NCBI RefSeq assembly: GCF_041146345.1
Contig: NW_027191406.1
Coordinates: forward strand, 186,001-250,000
Reading direction: 5' to 3'
Source: Neodothiora populina
Taxonomy: Eukaryota
Length of the DNA: 64,000 bases
Shown here: in pieces, positions 36,977 to 49,168 of the stretch
How the letters are laid out: every line of letters begins with the position of its first letter
How positions within the stretch are numbered: the first letter of the stretch is position 1
The notes under the pieces: model-generated
Told to the model about the DNA's origin: nothing
What the model saw: the letters and a program-made list of their open reading frames with translations, nothing else
Database searches by the model: none
Position numbers and translations under genes: made by a program

Positions 36977-37223
36977 TCGCTGAATACAACACTGCTACTG
37001 CTGCGCTGCTGCGCTCCCTGTCGAGCCTGCTTTTCTCCCCTTACTTCTAGTCTGGTGCATGTCTTGGCTTGTCATATATTGACAGCCGTCACATATCGTT
37101 CGTACACTACCAACGATGCTGACCATCATTCGAAAATAGAAGGAGAATTCATGACTTTAATCATCTATCAAAGTCCTACTGCTGGAAACTTCACAGTCTA
37201 GACCTCACGACACCTCCAAGCAT

Positions 37224-38554
37224 TCACGCCCTCTTCCTGAACTCATCGGCATCATTCGTGCACTGCCTCGCCATCTCCGACTGTTCGTCCGTCTGACAGA
37301 CCAAGACCTTATGCCTCGACGCCTCGGAGCTGATGCGCGTGACGACCTCATCATCCGGGCGCTCGTTCTTCGCCTGATCCAGCTCGAAGCCCAAACAAGC
37401 AGCCTGTTCGACGATGCGCTTGCGCAGCAACGAGCCCTTCTCGCCGATCCCTCCCGCGAAGACGAGAGCGTCGCATTTGCCGCCCAGCTTGACGTAGTAG
37501 TTGCCCACGAACCCCAGGATTCTATCGACGACAAGGTCGAGCGCGAGCTTGCAGTCCGCGTCGCCCTGCTCGGCCTTGGAGCTTATGACGCCAAAGTCGG
37601 TCGTGCCGGTGAGTGCCTTCCAGCCGCTCTGCTTGTTGAGGATCTCCTCGGCTTCCGTGATGTGCATGTCCTTTGTGCTCTCGCGACTCAGCTTGCCCGC
37701 GTTGTGCGTGAAGTGGAAGATCAGACTCGGGTCGACGCTGCCGGAGCGGGTGGCGCCCGGCAGGCCCGCGAGCGGCGTCAGACCCATCGATGTGTCGAGC
37801 GATTTGCCGCCGCGGATGCAGCATGCTGAGCAGCCGCTGCCGAGATGCAGCGCGATGATGTTGAGGTCCGAGGTCGATTTGTTCAGAGACTCGGCTACGG
37901 CCCGGGTGATGAATGCGTAGGAGAGTCCGTGGAAGCCGTACTTGCGCAGTTTGTTGTGTTTGGCTACTTTTTGGTTGATGGGATAGGTGCGCACGTGGTC
38001 TGGGATGCTGCTGTGGAAGGTCGAGTCGAACATGGCTATGTTCGTCGCCTTGGGGAGCTGCTCGTAGACTGCTTTGACGATGGTCAGAGCACCTGCGTTG
38101 TGTCTGGGCGTGACAGCACATTAGCAAGGTGCTTCGTCGTAATAGAGTGGACAGGAGGATGTACTTACAGGGGCGCAAGATCAGAAAGCTCCTCGAGGTG
38201 TTGATAAGTGTCCTTGTCTATTCTCGTTGCATGGTCATAGTCTCCGCCGTGCACGATCCTGTGACATGCGAACTCGATATCTTCCTTCTGCTTGAGTTCT
38301 GGCAGGCCATCGTCGTCTACGAGATGTTTCAAGATGTATTCAAAGGCGCTTTCCTGTCCAGTGACACCATCGACTTCCTGCCCCTTGATCTTCTTGTCTC
38401 CACGCTTATATGTCACTGTGGCCGGCGGTGCCGTGAGACCCGCTACAGAAATGTCCGCCAGCATCTGAGGCTCGACATCTTTGGACGATCCTTTGTATAC
38501 AGAGACCTTGACCGAGGACGAGCCTGCGTTTATTGCTAGGATTAACTTGGACAT
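37224..38554 (-). CDS. ackA: Acetate kinase (2 exons)
   Basis: ILAINAGSSSVK, CHRIVHGG, LAPLHN, FDSTFH, RKYGFHGLSY, HLGSGCS, DTSMGLTPLAGL..ATRSGSVDP, VFAGGIGE, TDEQ. Confidence 0.96.
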
Positions 38555-38778
38555 TTTGGCCTATGTTCAGTCTTCTTCTTTTGCTGATGTTCAGGAAAGA
38601 GAAAGCTATGTCCGAGTCTCTTTGACCTCCCAGCGGTGTTATCTTACCTGGACCATGCCACATCATGTAGTAAGGTATTGTGCCTATGACGCAGTTGTTC
38701 ATATATCCCCGGATTTTCCTTGGGTTCGATCGGAACTGGTTATCGATAAGACTGCATGTAAGTATTCTTTTGAACACT

Positions 38779-39054
38779 TCATGACTTGTTGCCTCTCCGA
38801 TCTCTGAGATGAGAGTCTCGCCTTCGTCCATCTTTCTTCGATGGGTTGCATCGTGGACATATCTCGATGGCAATGGACGTGTCATTGACGACGCTTGCTG
38901 GAGAGTTGTATCCGCATCCACGAGAGCCTGGAGGGGGTGTACCTTCGCGCTGTGCCTCTTCTAACGTCACAAGGTAGATGAGACAGAATTGGACACAGTG
39001 ATAGACTTTTACATGGCCTCCGCACGGATACACCACTCTTTCGTAGATACACAT
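38779..39054 (-). CDS. Small Cys-rich hypothetical protein (91 aa)
   Basis: MCIYERVVYPCGGH...HCVQFC...GCG...ICPRC pattern; agcATG context; TATAAAAG about 115 nt upstream. Confidence 0.5.
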   Translation of the reverse strand: MCIYERVVYPCGGHVKVYHCVQFCLIYLVTLEEAQREGTPPPGSRGCGYNSPASVVNDTSIAIEICPRCNPSKKDGRRRDSHLRDRRGNKS

Positions 39055-41041
39055 GCTGTTGGCTTGATAGTAAGAGGAATATATATCGAATTGAAACAAT
39101 TAGTGACGCTGAGTCTTCGGATTCATGCAAGAGATGTGTCGGTGCTGCAAGGTAAACACGATAGCCTTTTATATCTACTCGACCCAGAGTCAACCATCAC
39201 ATCCTTCCTGAGGCAGCAACACAGCAACTAACGGTCTCACGCTTGTGGCCGAAACAGGTAACCTGTCCTGCACGTTCCTGGCGAGTGGCAGAGTACCAAT
39301 CTCTCCTCCAGCTGTACCCCGTTCCCGATCTGGCCAAGCTCGATATACTTGGACAACCTTCTTGCCGACGAAGACCAAGATGAATGATAAGAAATCATGG
39401 CCCCTTGCCAGCGAGTCTGGTGATTACTTTCGAAAGGGGCGAGCTGGACTTTTGAGCTCCCTCATCGTGATCCATCCTATTGTCAGTACTACCCGGAGAA
39501 CCCACGAGAGTCGAGACACTACAGAAGGATGTCATTGGCCGTGACACAAGGGTCTCTGCAGACGTCAAAGATGAGAGTACATGTCAAAGACGGAGTACAG
39601 CAAGCCTGCAGATCAGTGCAGCGTCAAGTCCGGTGTGGGCTCCGGTGAAGACGAGCCATGTCATTTTTCTCGTCAGGGGGAATGCACCACTCCGCTGTTA
39701 ATCTCTCATCGGGACTCATCGCCTTTTGAGTTTTGCTGGGCCTGCTACAGGGCTAACCTGGTCAATCACCGGCAACATCACTTCGTTGTCTCGGTTGTCC
39801 AACATGACACCACGCTGCTGTGTTGGAGATACTGGTCATGTGCTTTCGTCACTGATGCACATCTGGATGGGGCAACGGTGGTTTCCAAGGCATACGACGT
39901 TCTTGAATCGTACACAGTCTTTCCAAGCCGACTAAGTTGGTCTGCAATCGTACTCGACTGTGTTGGTGCCCGCATCCATTATCGAAACACCACTGCTTTC
40001 TTATAGAGGTGTTCATTGCACGGCCCATTAGAGGAACCATCAGATGTGTTAGTCATATTTGAAGGTCCGTAGGTGAGTCGTAGAGGCAACTGTCGGTCTA
40101 CCATGACATCAGCCTCTTTGTGCATGTTGAAGGATTCCTCTGGAGTGTGCACAACATCATTATCAATGACCATGTCATGTATGGTCATCACGCGCCAGCG
40201 TTGAGGTAGTCAGTCTTCCAGTAAGGAGCAGTACGATGAGCTCGGGCAGATGACACCATGTGAGCACTCTACGGAAGACTCGAGAGATGATTCGCCGGCT
40301 GTCGTGTAGCTTGTTGTAGAAAAGTATTGACTTGCTTAGGTTGAAGTATCCTTGGTCCATTAGACCCAGCAGAGTCTCTTCCGATAGCCATCAGCAAAGA
40401 CATAAATATGCCCAGAGCACAACAATGACTGTGAATGCACAGTGATTATTTAAAAATCAAGTCAACATTAAACAAGACTCTATTCGTTCGTTGGCCCTTT
40501 TCATTCTTTCTGGGCTATGGTTCTAGTCATTTGGACAGGGTTCCCGTCGAGATCATGTATAAGGTATGAGAAGTGAACTGCAAACGACCATATAAGGCTC
40601 GAGTCATAACCACGCATCGTTCTGATGAATCCTTCTCAACCTTGCCTGGACAATCATATCAGCTACAGAAACTGAATTGTAAGGTCATGTTATTTGCCTT
40701 GTGTTGTTCTATAAACCATCAATATCCCTACAGACCTATACCTACCGTAAGCATTTCTATACACTTCCGTGACGTCGTTTTACTCCCCCCACACGGGAGC
40801 TGCCGCCCGATGTCCCCCTTGTCCATTGTTTGTTATCGCCCAATCTTTTTTTTTGGTGTTTAGCAGTTCGCCTTTCGCAGTACACACTGTATATATCCGA
40901 TAGATCCAACAAATCCACATAAGCAACGCAGGAAGACCCAGATCCCGCGCCCCACCTCGCCCACCCATACCCGCGGTCAATACCTACCTTAGACCACCAC
41001 CGACCCACAGAAGAGAAAGAAGGAGAGAGAGAGAGAGCGCA

Positions 41042-42399
41042 ATGACAGAACTCCCCTCCCTAGTGCGCGTGAAGCGCAAACGAGGCGCCGACCCAACCAC
41101 AGATCTATTCCTGGAAGACCTGTCGACAAAGCGTCCCCAGACATGGCAGTTCCGGCTTCAGAAGCCTCACCCGAACGAGACGAGGACGGACGACGCAGGT
41201 CATGCCCCTGGCGCAGCGGCACACAATAATCCGCCAACGACACAGACGCAGACGCAGACGCAGACGACAGAAGGAGGAAACAGACATGAAGGGGGACCCC
41301 GCCGTTTCCGTCTCGCGATCGACAAAGCCCGTACGACGACGCATACAGCGAGCCGCAAGCGCAAAGCGCAGATTGACGCCGAGGACATACCCACGTTCAT
41401 CGAGGCGACGACGGCGAAGAAGCAGCGCGTGCACGGCGACGAGGATCAGAGCGGTGCACCCGCGGCGCAAACGCAAGAGGACAAGCCGTCCACGGCGCTG
41501 AAGAGACCCAGTGCGAATGCGAAGGAGAGGCAGTGGCGGGCGGCGAACTGGAAGGAAGGAGCGGCGATGAGGGCGGCAGGGGGTAGCAGTGCGCTACCAC
41601 TGCCGCCGCCGCCGCCGCCGCCGCCGCCGTCACAGATGCTGGTTGATGCGCTGTCGAGGTTTGCGCTCGAGGAGGCTGCGCGTGATGAGGCGGGGCAGAA
41701 GCCCAAGGTCGTTTCCATCCCGAAGAGACCTGTGCAGAGATACAGGGATCGGCATCCGCAGGTCGTCGCGGCTTCTTCGGCACAGTATGCTACGGCTACG
41801 GATGGTACGACAGAAACTACTACGGGTGATGTCGATATGACCATGACGGAGTCGGGCGACGAAGACGATTACGTTTACGACACGTATGTTCGCACCAAGG
41901 ACCCTGTCATGCTTCCTGCTGTAGATGCAAATGATGCGACAAATGGTGTTCAAGTAGGCTACATCGTCATCACGGAGCAGGATCAGCCCTTCTGGGAGAC
42001 TTATTTCCAAGACGAGGACACGGACAACGAGTTCGAGACGGACAGTGAAGACTCAAATGGTACGTAAATTGCTTCTTTATTTTTTGCGCTTTAGAGAACG
42101 GAAGAGACCACTTTCTCGTAGCCATTACTGACATCTCTCGCGCCCGAACAGCCGAGGGCTATTATGGAGCAGATTACCCCGAGGATGAGGTCGCCTCCGA
42201 CGACGAATATAACCGCAACGCCTATGGGTATCGTAATGCTGGCTCGGATGATGAGCAATGGGACTCCGATACGGGCGCCTGGAGCGACGAAGAAGACGCC
42301 ATGCAGAACCCGTGGAAAAAGCATCCTTGGATGCGCGGTCACAAAAACAACATTGGTAAAAAGGACGAAGACGATGAGGATGAAGACGCCGAGGATTAA
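41042..42399 (+). CDS. IWR1: RNA polymerase II nuclear import factor Iwr1 (intron 42060-42151)
   Basis: LPSLVRVKRKR N-terminus, DDYVYDTYVR and DSEDSN|AEGYYGADYPEDE. Confidence 0.9.
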
Positions 42400-42424
42400 A
42401 GCCTTTTTTTTCCCTTGCCCACCC

Positions 42425-43084
42425 TCAACGCAGATATCCAATACGTCTCAGGAAACTCGGTGGTAGATCCTGAGCTCGCACATTGACGACGTCTATGTCA
42501 TTTTTGCATCTGTCCGGCCCATTCTTCAACACCTGTTGCATTCCCCAGCTGGTCCTGATGCGGTAGTAGACAGCGGTCAAGCCGTCGCGTGGACGTCGCT
42601 GGTTGAAGACGAGCTCGAAATCATCCTCGATCTTGCGCCAGTCGTGCTCCTTTACGATCCGCGCGAACATGATGAAGAAGCGCATCTCGTCCGAATAGGG
42701 ATCGCGACGTTCTCGAGGCGCCCTGTCTGGATCTTCGAGACATCCGTGATCTGGCGATGTTGCAGGCGTGCTGTTCAAAGAGGAACAGAGAGATGGAGGC
42801 CGTGATGTGTACGGAGCATGTTGCAGGAATGTGGGCGGCGGTCTTGACGACATGTTGCCTGGCAAACGCACGTCCAGGCTCGCCCGCACATTGACTCCGT
42901 ATGCCAGAGCTTGCAGCTGTGGTCTAACAATCGGCATGGATCTAGAGTCTTGCCTGTCCCGACCATGATGAGAGACTGATGCTGATGGATCAGGGTGTTG
43001 AGGAGCAAGGAATCCAATAGCCATCATGTCTCTCGCGCGAGGTTGGGCACTCGTTCCATGAGAGTCGATGCGATGATGGTTCAT
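42425..43084 (-). CDS. Hypothetical protein with C-terminal Myb/SANT-like helix-turn-helix
   Basis: PYSDEMRFFIMFARIVKEHDWRKIEDDFELVFNQRRPRDGLTAVYYRIR; start taken at aagATG 43084. Confidence 0.7.
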   Translation of the reverse strand: MNHHRIDSHGTSAQPRARDMMAIGFLAPQHPDPSASVSHHGRDRQDSRSMPIVRPQLQALAYGVNVRASLDVRLPGNMSSRPPPTFLQHAPYTSRPPSLCSSLNSTPATSPDHGCLEDPDRAPRERRDPYSDEMRFFIMFARIVKEHDWRKIEDDFELVFNQRRPRDGLTAVYYRIRTSWGMQQVLKNGPDRCKNDIDVVNVRAQDLPPSFLRRIGYLR

Positions 43085-46000
43085 CTTTGGTGTGTTTCGT
43101 CTTGTCTCCTGGCCGCTCTCTGGTTCACTTCGTTCATATATGGTCGAATCGAGATATTGCGGTGTGACTCGGCTGGACAAGTAAATAGCAAGCTTGCGAC
43201 CCGACAATGACCGACTACAGCAGACAGCCTTGGGCGGACCAGTGTTACGTGGAATAGTTGTGTGCAAAGGCTTGATTTCGTCACAAAAATGACCAGTCGC
43301 ATCTGTGTGGATGTATCACTTTGGGCAGTCTTTGTTTTCAATCAATGTCCCCCGTTCCACCCAGCCACTCGACTAACCAATGAGTAACCCTTGCCTGCTT
43401 TTGTTTGTAGGGAAAATCTTCCCAAAAAGCTTGAGGAGACTTTTGAGTCTCCACACCGCCCCCTCCCAAAACGTGCATATTCCCACACCCCTTCTTCGTC
43501 ACATATGAGGTAAAGAGATTGCGGTAGCCGGCCGAGGGTTCGATACATGGCCTCTGATCTTCCCCAGCCAATTGGAAGAGTCGATCCTGGGATGAACCTG
43601 CACATTGCCATCTCGACGACAAGACAACAAGTGAAAGAGCCGTTGTGTTGCATATACCTTGTGTGATTGATCTGGTAACACCCGCCTGGTGCTTGTAAAA
43701 TGGGCTTTCTCGAACTGAGACATTCCCATACCCAAAGATGGAAGTCTGAGGGCAATAGAGGTTACGGTGCGACTGGAACACCATGCAGATTTCACCAGAA
43801 TCCGGTCTGTACAGTGTCTTCATACACATCGATGGAGAGCAGACACTCCCCACCTTCCTTTCCCGGGTCCGTCTGAGAGAAGTTTGCCCAATGGTAGCAC
43901 GACTGTGGTGCGGAGATGATGCCGTGGATCAACAGGCATGAATAGCAATGTTGGTGGACTCGACATGGATGTACTCGAGAAACGGTCGAGCAGCAATGAT
44001 TTTCCTCTTGATGGATGGGTGTATCCCTGGCGAAACAAATACTAAACTGTTATGTCTCGGAACAAGGATCTCTGAGTTCTGACAACGACGATCTTTCATG
44101 CAAAGATACTGTATTCCATCTGGGGCTGTTGAGGTGAGCGGGTCCTGCGTCTTTCGGTCAGCTGCATATTACCTATTGCGGAGACCTTCTCGAAAAAGAT
44201 CCGTCTTCCATCTACATGCATAATATGACTTTAGCCTTGTCCTGCAGGTGAGCTTCTTGAGCTCTTCGGCAGCAGGCAGCGGAAGATCTGCCTTTTCCCA
44301 CCATCATGCTGATCATGCGGTCGGTGTTCTTGAGACAAAACCCATACTTCCAGCCTCGCATCCCTGCTATCCCAAGTAGACCATCCTGCTGCTTACCAGT
44401 CCATCAACAATCGGGCACTCATGAATGACCCAGAAGTGGTCGCGCATGATGTACAGCTGCGTGGCCAGCTTATATTATCAAAATGCAGCACGACGTATCA
44501 TGTTTGGCAGCAACTAAGTAAGAGAGTCTGCACCATTAATGCAGGTAAAACGGTAGGAAGAGTCAAGCACTGCAACCCGAGTCCGTTAAGTGAAGATTTG
44601 CACTCATCCTGTATTGCAAATGAATGGTCTTCCTGTCGACTGTGAAGAACAATTGAGTGTTTGATGTCCAAAGCAAGTATAGCCGTGCAGGAAACGGCAT
44701 TGCAGCGCTGCGAAACAATGGAGGTGTCAATGCTCCTATCTGCAGCAAGCAAGCAGGCGGTAAAGGCTGCAGCTGAAATGTCCCTCCGCGATATGTTTGC
44801 ATTCATGCCTGCTTCCGGATTCTTGACTTTGCGTGGTAATGAAGGACCCGGATTTGACCGACTGATGTCCGCATCGTCACTGTAGAAGGCAGGTCAACGT
44901 GCAAGCGTCGAATGCATTGGTGTCATCACCAAAGTAAGAATGGCACGAGGTCCACAAGCTACATCTGATGTTCCAAAGCAGTATGTGTAGTTTCGCTGGC
45001 ATCGAACCACCTACCTTGCCGTCTTTGCGGCTTGTGGCATGTGCCCCCACATCTCTAGCAATCCCGACACCAACGCATCTGAGCAGCTTCGCATTACAGT
45101 ACAGAGCAATCAGACCAAGTGACACTGTCATGTAGAATAGTGGATGTCTTAGTCCTGCACGATGACTTGGTCCACTCTTTCCACCGCCTGACCGGATACA
45201 TACTCAATCGTAGACTGCGATGCCTAGAAAGTGGTCAGAAGCGATCGGAGGAGAGCCAATCTCGGACTGCAAGCATGATCGTGCAATCGTCCACGCGGCT
45301 TATCCTCCGATGTGTTGGCGATATCGGGCAAACACCGAAGTGCCAAAGGTTCTCATCTCCAAGCAGCCATATGAAGTACCAGGATGTCTTTGACTTTTAG
45401 GGTTCGTGCATGAAGCTCCAGTAAGCCTACAGTGAGGCCACAGCAGAGCCGTGAAGTCACGATTGATCGAGGAATATTTGTCAGACCGCGAAGCAGGAAC
45501 AATCGTCGTTCGAATGATTCGCTTCCGAGACAGTCGAGTCACAGTACCTTACAGCAATGCGGCAGGGATCGAAGGCCAGGCTGTTCCCGTCTTGATATGC
45601 TTGCGATGATGGCGCTGCACTGTGACTGCCGTGAAGATCTCGCCGCGCACATATCATGTAGCATCACTGCGCTGTAACATGAGATACAAAGCACTCAATC
45701 TTCGAATTGAGCCTCACCCGCTTCTGTATCTCCAGACGCCGAAAGTCCGACTGTGCTCGTTGTATTTGAACACCTTACAATCCTCGCCACACTTGGTACT
45801 GTATGAATGTGTGTAGAGTAGGCTTATCTGCTTCCGTTACTGTGACACTTGCCTACCTTAGCTTACCTCACCTGGTTCTGTGCACTTTCGAGTGAAAGGA
45901 TAGGCCAGAGTTGGCCCAGATTGGCAGCTGCGGAGGACTTATCTGCTATCTTGACCCCGCAATTATACTCCGTAATACTGTACCTCATAGCAAGTAGCTT

Positions 46001-46229
46001 ATTCCACGGACGCATCTTGATATCGATCAGCGAAGGTATCAGTTATCAGTCTATGTGAAAATCCAAATAGATCTACATATAAAATAGGTCATGAGGGCAG
46101 CACGCTCCACCTAAACAGTAGCCATAGGCTTTCTCGTAGCCCTTATTGACATAAATCCCGGACTGCTGCAGCATGCAGTCGTAGAAAGTCCCATTGTTAT
46201 CGACCACCTTTCATCGTGATTGCAATTAC

Positions 46230-47309
46230 ATGAACGCAAGAATGCCATCCTCAGAACATCGTAATGCAGTCATTGGCAACTCTGACAACTTCTGGTTGCA
46301 TTCTTCCAAAGCTAATCGATTCGATCTTACACACCCTTCATCGCCAACTGCTGCACCTATCACGCCTAGACTAAATCTTACCACATCTACGACTCCAATC
46401 GCTGTCGACCCCAATAAGACAGCTCTCGTGATCATCGACATGCAGAACTTTTTCCTCTCCGAAGCATTTGGTCGCAAGCGAGGACCAGGCCATGCTGCTT
46501 GCGACAAATTGGAGAAGTATGCTATCCCAGCCGCCAGAAACGCCGGTATTCAGGTAATCTGGCTTAACTGGGGTCTCACGGACGAGGACGTAGCCACCAT
46601 GCCACCAGCAGTGAAACGGGCGTTTGGGTTTGAAGCAGTTCCGGAACCAGAGGAAGGGACCGTTGACATGATTCGTCAGGAAAGCGGAGCGCTGTTCACG
46701 GGAAGAATATCCAACGGTATTGGTGTTGACAAGGATGGTTCGCCCAGACACCAGGGCGATTCGGTGCTGCTAGAGAACGGCAAAGATGATCGGATCTACA
46801 AAGGTCTGGGCTCTGACTGCGGAACCATCACTCTCCCCAATGGTAACGATATTCAAGCCGGTAGACTGCTGATGAGGGACTCTTGGAATGCTGCTTTACA
46901 TCCTCCTTTAGACAAGATCTACGAAGAGGGCTGTCGCTCATCGTATAAGCCGGATGTGTGGTGCCATAAGAACCGTATGAGTGGCATGTGGGGGGCGACT
47001 ACGCCGTGCGAACTATTCTTAGAGCAGCATGGCATACGCACTCTTCTCTTTACTGGAGTCAATACGGATCAATGCGTCAGGTGAGTGGTTGATGTGACAT
47101 CGCGATGCGCACTTCTCTAATCTCCGAACAGTGGCACCTTCACAGATGCATTCTCAAAGGGTTATGATTGTGTGCTTCTTCATGACGGATGCGGCACTAC
47201 CAGTCCTGACTTTGCCCAGCAGTGCATTGAATTCAATGCAGCGAAAACGTGGGGCTTCGTTGTTGGCTGCGAGGATCTTGCCATCGGTGTAGATGAAATG
47301 CTCCATTGA
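46230..47309 (+). CDS. Isochorismatase/cysteine hydrolase family protein (intron 47081-47131; start may be 46242)
   Basis: TALVIIDMQNFF, HKNRMSGMWG and LLFTGVNTDQCV (D-K-C triad); the second exon continues GTFTDAFSKGYDCVLLHDGCGTTSP. Confidence 0.9.
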
Positions 47310-47791
47310 CAATGTTCAAGCCTTGTTTATCTTGTCGTTCTTCCATGAGTTGTCACACCGTAGCTTAATTGAGTATGAGAGTGGAACTGATTGCCATGCG
47401 AGCGCCACACTGTTGCAATTGAGCAAGCCATAGTGTAGGTACCAAGCTCGAAATATGGCTTTCACCGTGCATGCGGCAAGCTCATCTGCGTCTATTGACA
47501 GCTCATCCGAGCAGATCATATGCGGAAGTGGGTCAAGCACTACGACTCGGATAATCCTGGTAACCGAAACATAAAACCTGCTGTTTGGGTGAGGAGGATG
47601 GCTGCATGATCGGATGCATCTTTCAAATTGCGGCTTATGACCCGTCCCTGCATATCGTGAGGTTGCGGAAGGCCAAGTAATTGCCATTAACGGTAGTATC
47701 AACCGATGTCTGACCCATCAACCTGGTAATTTAAGTATTCTGTAAGCACTAGTGAGGTCTATTTGCTATAGCGTTATAGACGGCTACATCA

Positions 47792-49168
47792 CTAGGCGCC
47801 AGCAGCAAAGAAACTTGCTAGGCTGCCAGCTGCGAGGCCTGCGACGAGGCACATGCCCATAAAACCGCCGGCTGCTTCTCTTTCTTCAGGATCAACCCAC
47901 TCACTAGCGCCCATCATGCAGATGCTGCCAACGTAGCCATTCGACATACCGAACAGAAGCTGGACGACAACAAGGTAGAATACATCGCTGTTGACAATGG
48001 CACCGTGTCCTCGAATGTTGCAAAGCTGATAGAGTGGTATGAAGATGACGCGCGATATCGCCAAGACGAATATTAGCTTCGGTCGCGAAGTGAGGGAAAG
48101 TTGAGGCAATGCGGGGATAAGCCTGCCTAGCAAGTCGCCTGAATTCCAGAAGAGGAAAGCCAAGGGAATGAAAGAGGGTGGGTGTAATATAGGCGATGTG
48201 ACTGCTGGATCTCGTACACTCAATATCATCTGAGTAAAGACTGGAAAGAACATGGTGATGGCAAAAGTGATGAACACACCGCCAGCGAGCCATCTCAATT
48301 TCCTGAAAAGGACGCTGAACGGTACCGGCTTTCGTTCATGCTCGACGAGGGAGCTAATACTGGTTGCAAGCCCAGAAAGCGCAGCCTTGGATCTCTGATG
48401 CCTGCGAAGCAGATAGATGAAAGCAACCAGCGTGAAGACGGAGATCGCGGTGGCTGTCAGGAAGTACGCGAAAGCTGCCTTACTGGGGACAGGGGGCGGG
48501 CCCGGTCGATCGGTTGCAGCATCATCCACGTCCGAATGGGGTGCAGGCGGAGGACCTTTTCTGACTGATAGAACCGATACGATCTGAGCGATGCAAGGGA
48601 GAACGCCGGCAACGGCTTGGCCAGTCATGATGCCTTGCGTGTATCTCTCCTGTCCGAAACCTGCAACGAATGCAAAAACGCCGTTCTGACAAAAAGCCGT
48701 GGCCAGACTCGTGGTAAAGACAATACAAATGATGAAAACAAAGTAGGCATCTGCCTCAATGCCAGAGAGTACAGTTGTAGAAAGTGCCAGGAGGGTGAAG
48801 GCAATAATATTCATGATCAGGGCGACGACGATTCGTCGCGAATATGAAGCCTTTGCTTGCATCTTGCTCAATATAACCATAGAGCCGAGATTTGTGATGC
48901 TGGACACCGAGAGCTCTGCAGCTTGGAAATTGTGAGATATCCACGCACTAGAAGAGAAGCGACGTTGGAAATATGGTCCGGCAGCTAGAAGCATATTCCA
49001 AGCCCATAACATGGCAACTCCCAGTGTGAGGAAGACAAGGTACTCGAGCCAGGAGAAGCCTGTAGTGGGTTGGATTTCATCGTCATCTTCTCTTTCGTCG
49101 TCCGTAGATTGCCCTGTTACCGGCTCATATGGCTGCTCTCGCTGCCACAGCTTCTTTATGTTGTACAT
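47792..49168 (-). CDS. FUN26: Equilibrative nucleoside transporter (Fun26-like)
   Basis: LGVAMLWAWNMLLAAGPYF, GQAVAGV, FWNSGDLLGR, FGMSNGYVGS and EREAAGGFMG; multiple hydrophobic helices. Confidence 0.9.
   Translation of the reverse strand: MYNIKKLWQREQPYEPVTGQSTDDEREDDDEIQPTTGFSWLEYLVFLTLGVAMLWAWNMLLAAGPYFQRRFSSSAWISHNFQAAELSVSSITNLGSMVILSKMQAKASYSRRIVVALIMNIIAFTLLALSTTVLSGIEADAYFVFIICIVFTTSLATAFCQNGVFAFVAGFGQERYTQGIMTGQAVAGVLPCIAQIVSVLSVRKGPPPAPHSDVDDAATDRPGPPPVPSKAAFAYFLTATAISVFTLVAFIYLLRRHQRSKAALSGLATSISSLVEHERKPVPFSVLFRKLRWLAGGVFITFAITMFFPVFTQMILSVRDPAVTSPILHPPSFIPLAFLFWNSGDLLGRLIPALPQLSLTSRPKLIFVLAISRVIFIPLYQLCNIRGHGAIVNSDVFYLVVVQLLFGMSNGYVGSICMMGASEWVDPEEREAAGGFMGMCLVAGLAAGSLASFFAAGA

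Noticed and set aside
38641..38652. ATCTTACCTGG, similar to the U1 snRNA 5' end
   Set aside because: There are no U1-70K or U1A loops; it is better explained as a minus-strand 5' splice site (CAG|GTAAGA) in the acetate kinase leader.
39778..40360. Chain of short minus-strand ORFs that might be a decayed gene
   Set aside because: No recognisable motif and no clear splice signals; cannot be supported without a homology search.
45397..45404. AACCCTAA on the minus strand in a 3-kb gene-free gap, plus a distant ATTTTTG near 43285, as a possible telomerase RNA template and Sm site
   Set aside because: An 8-mer match is quite likely by chance, and I saw no U-rich/A-rich pseudoknot or convincing 3' splice-type end. 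A fungal TER covariance-model search would settle it.
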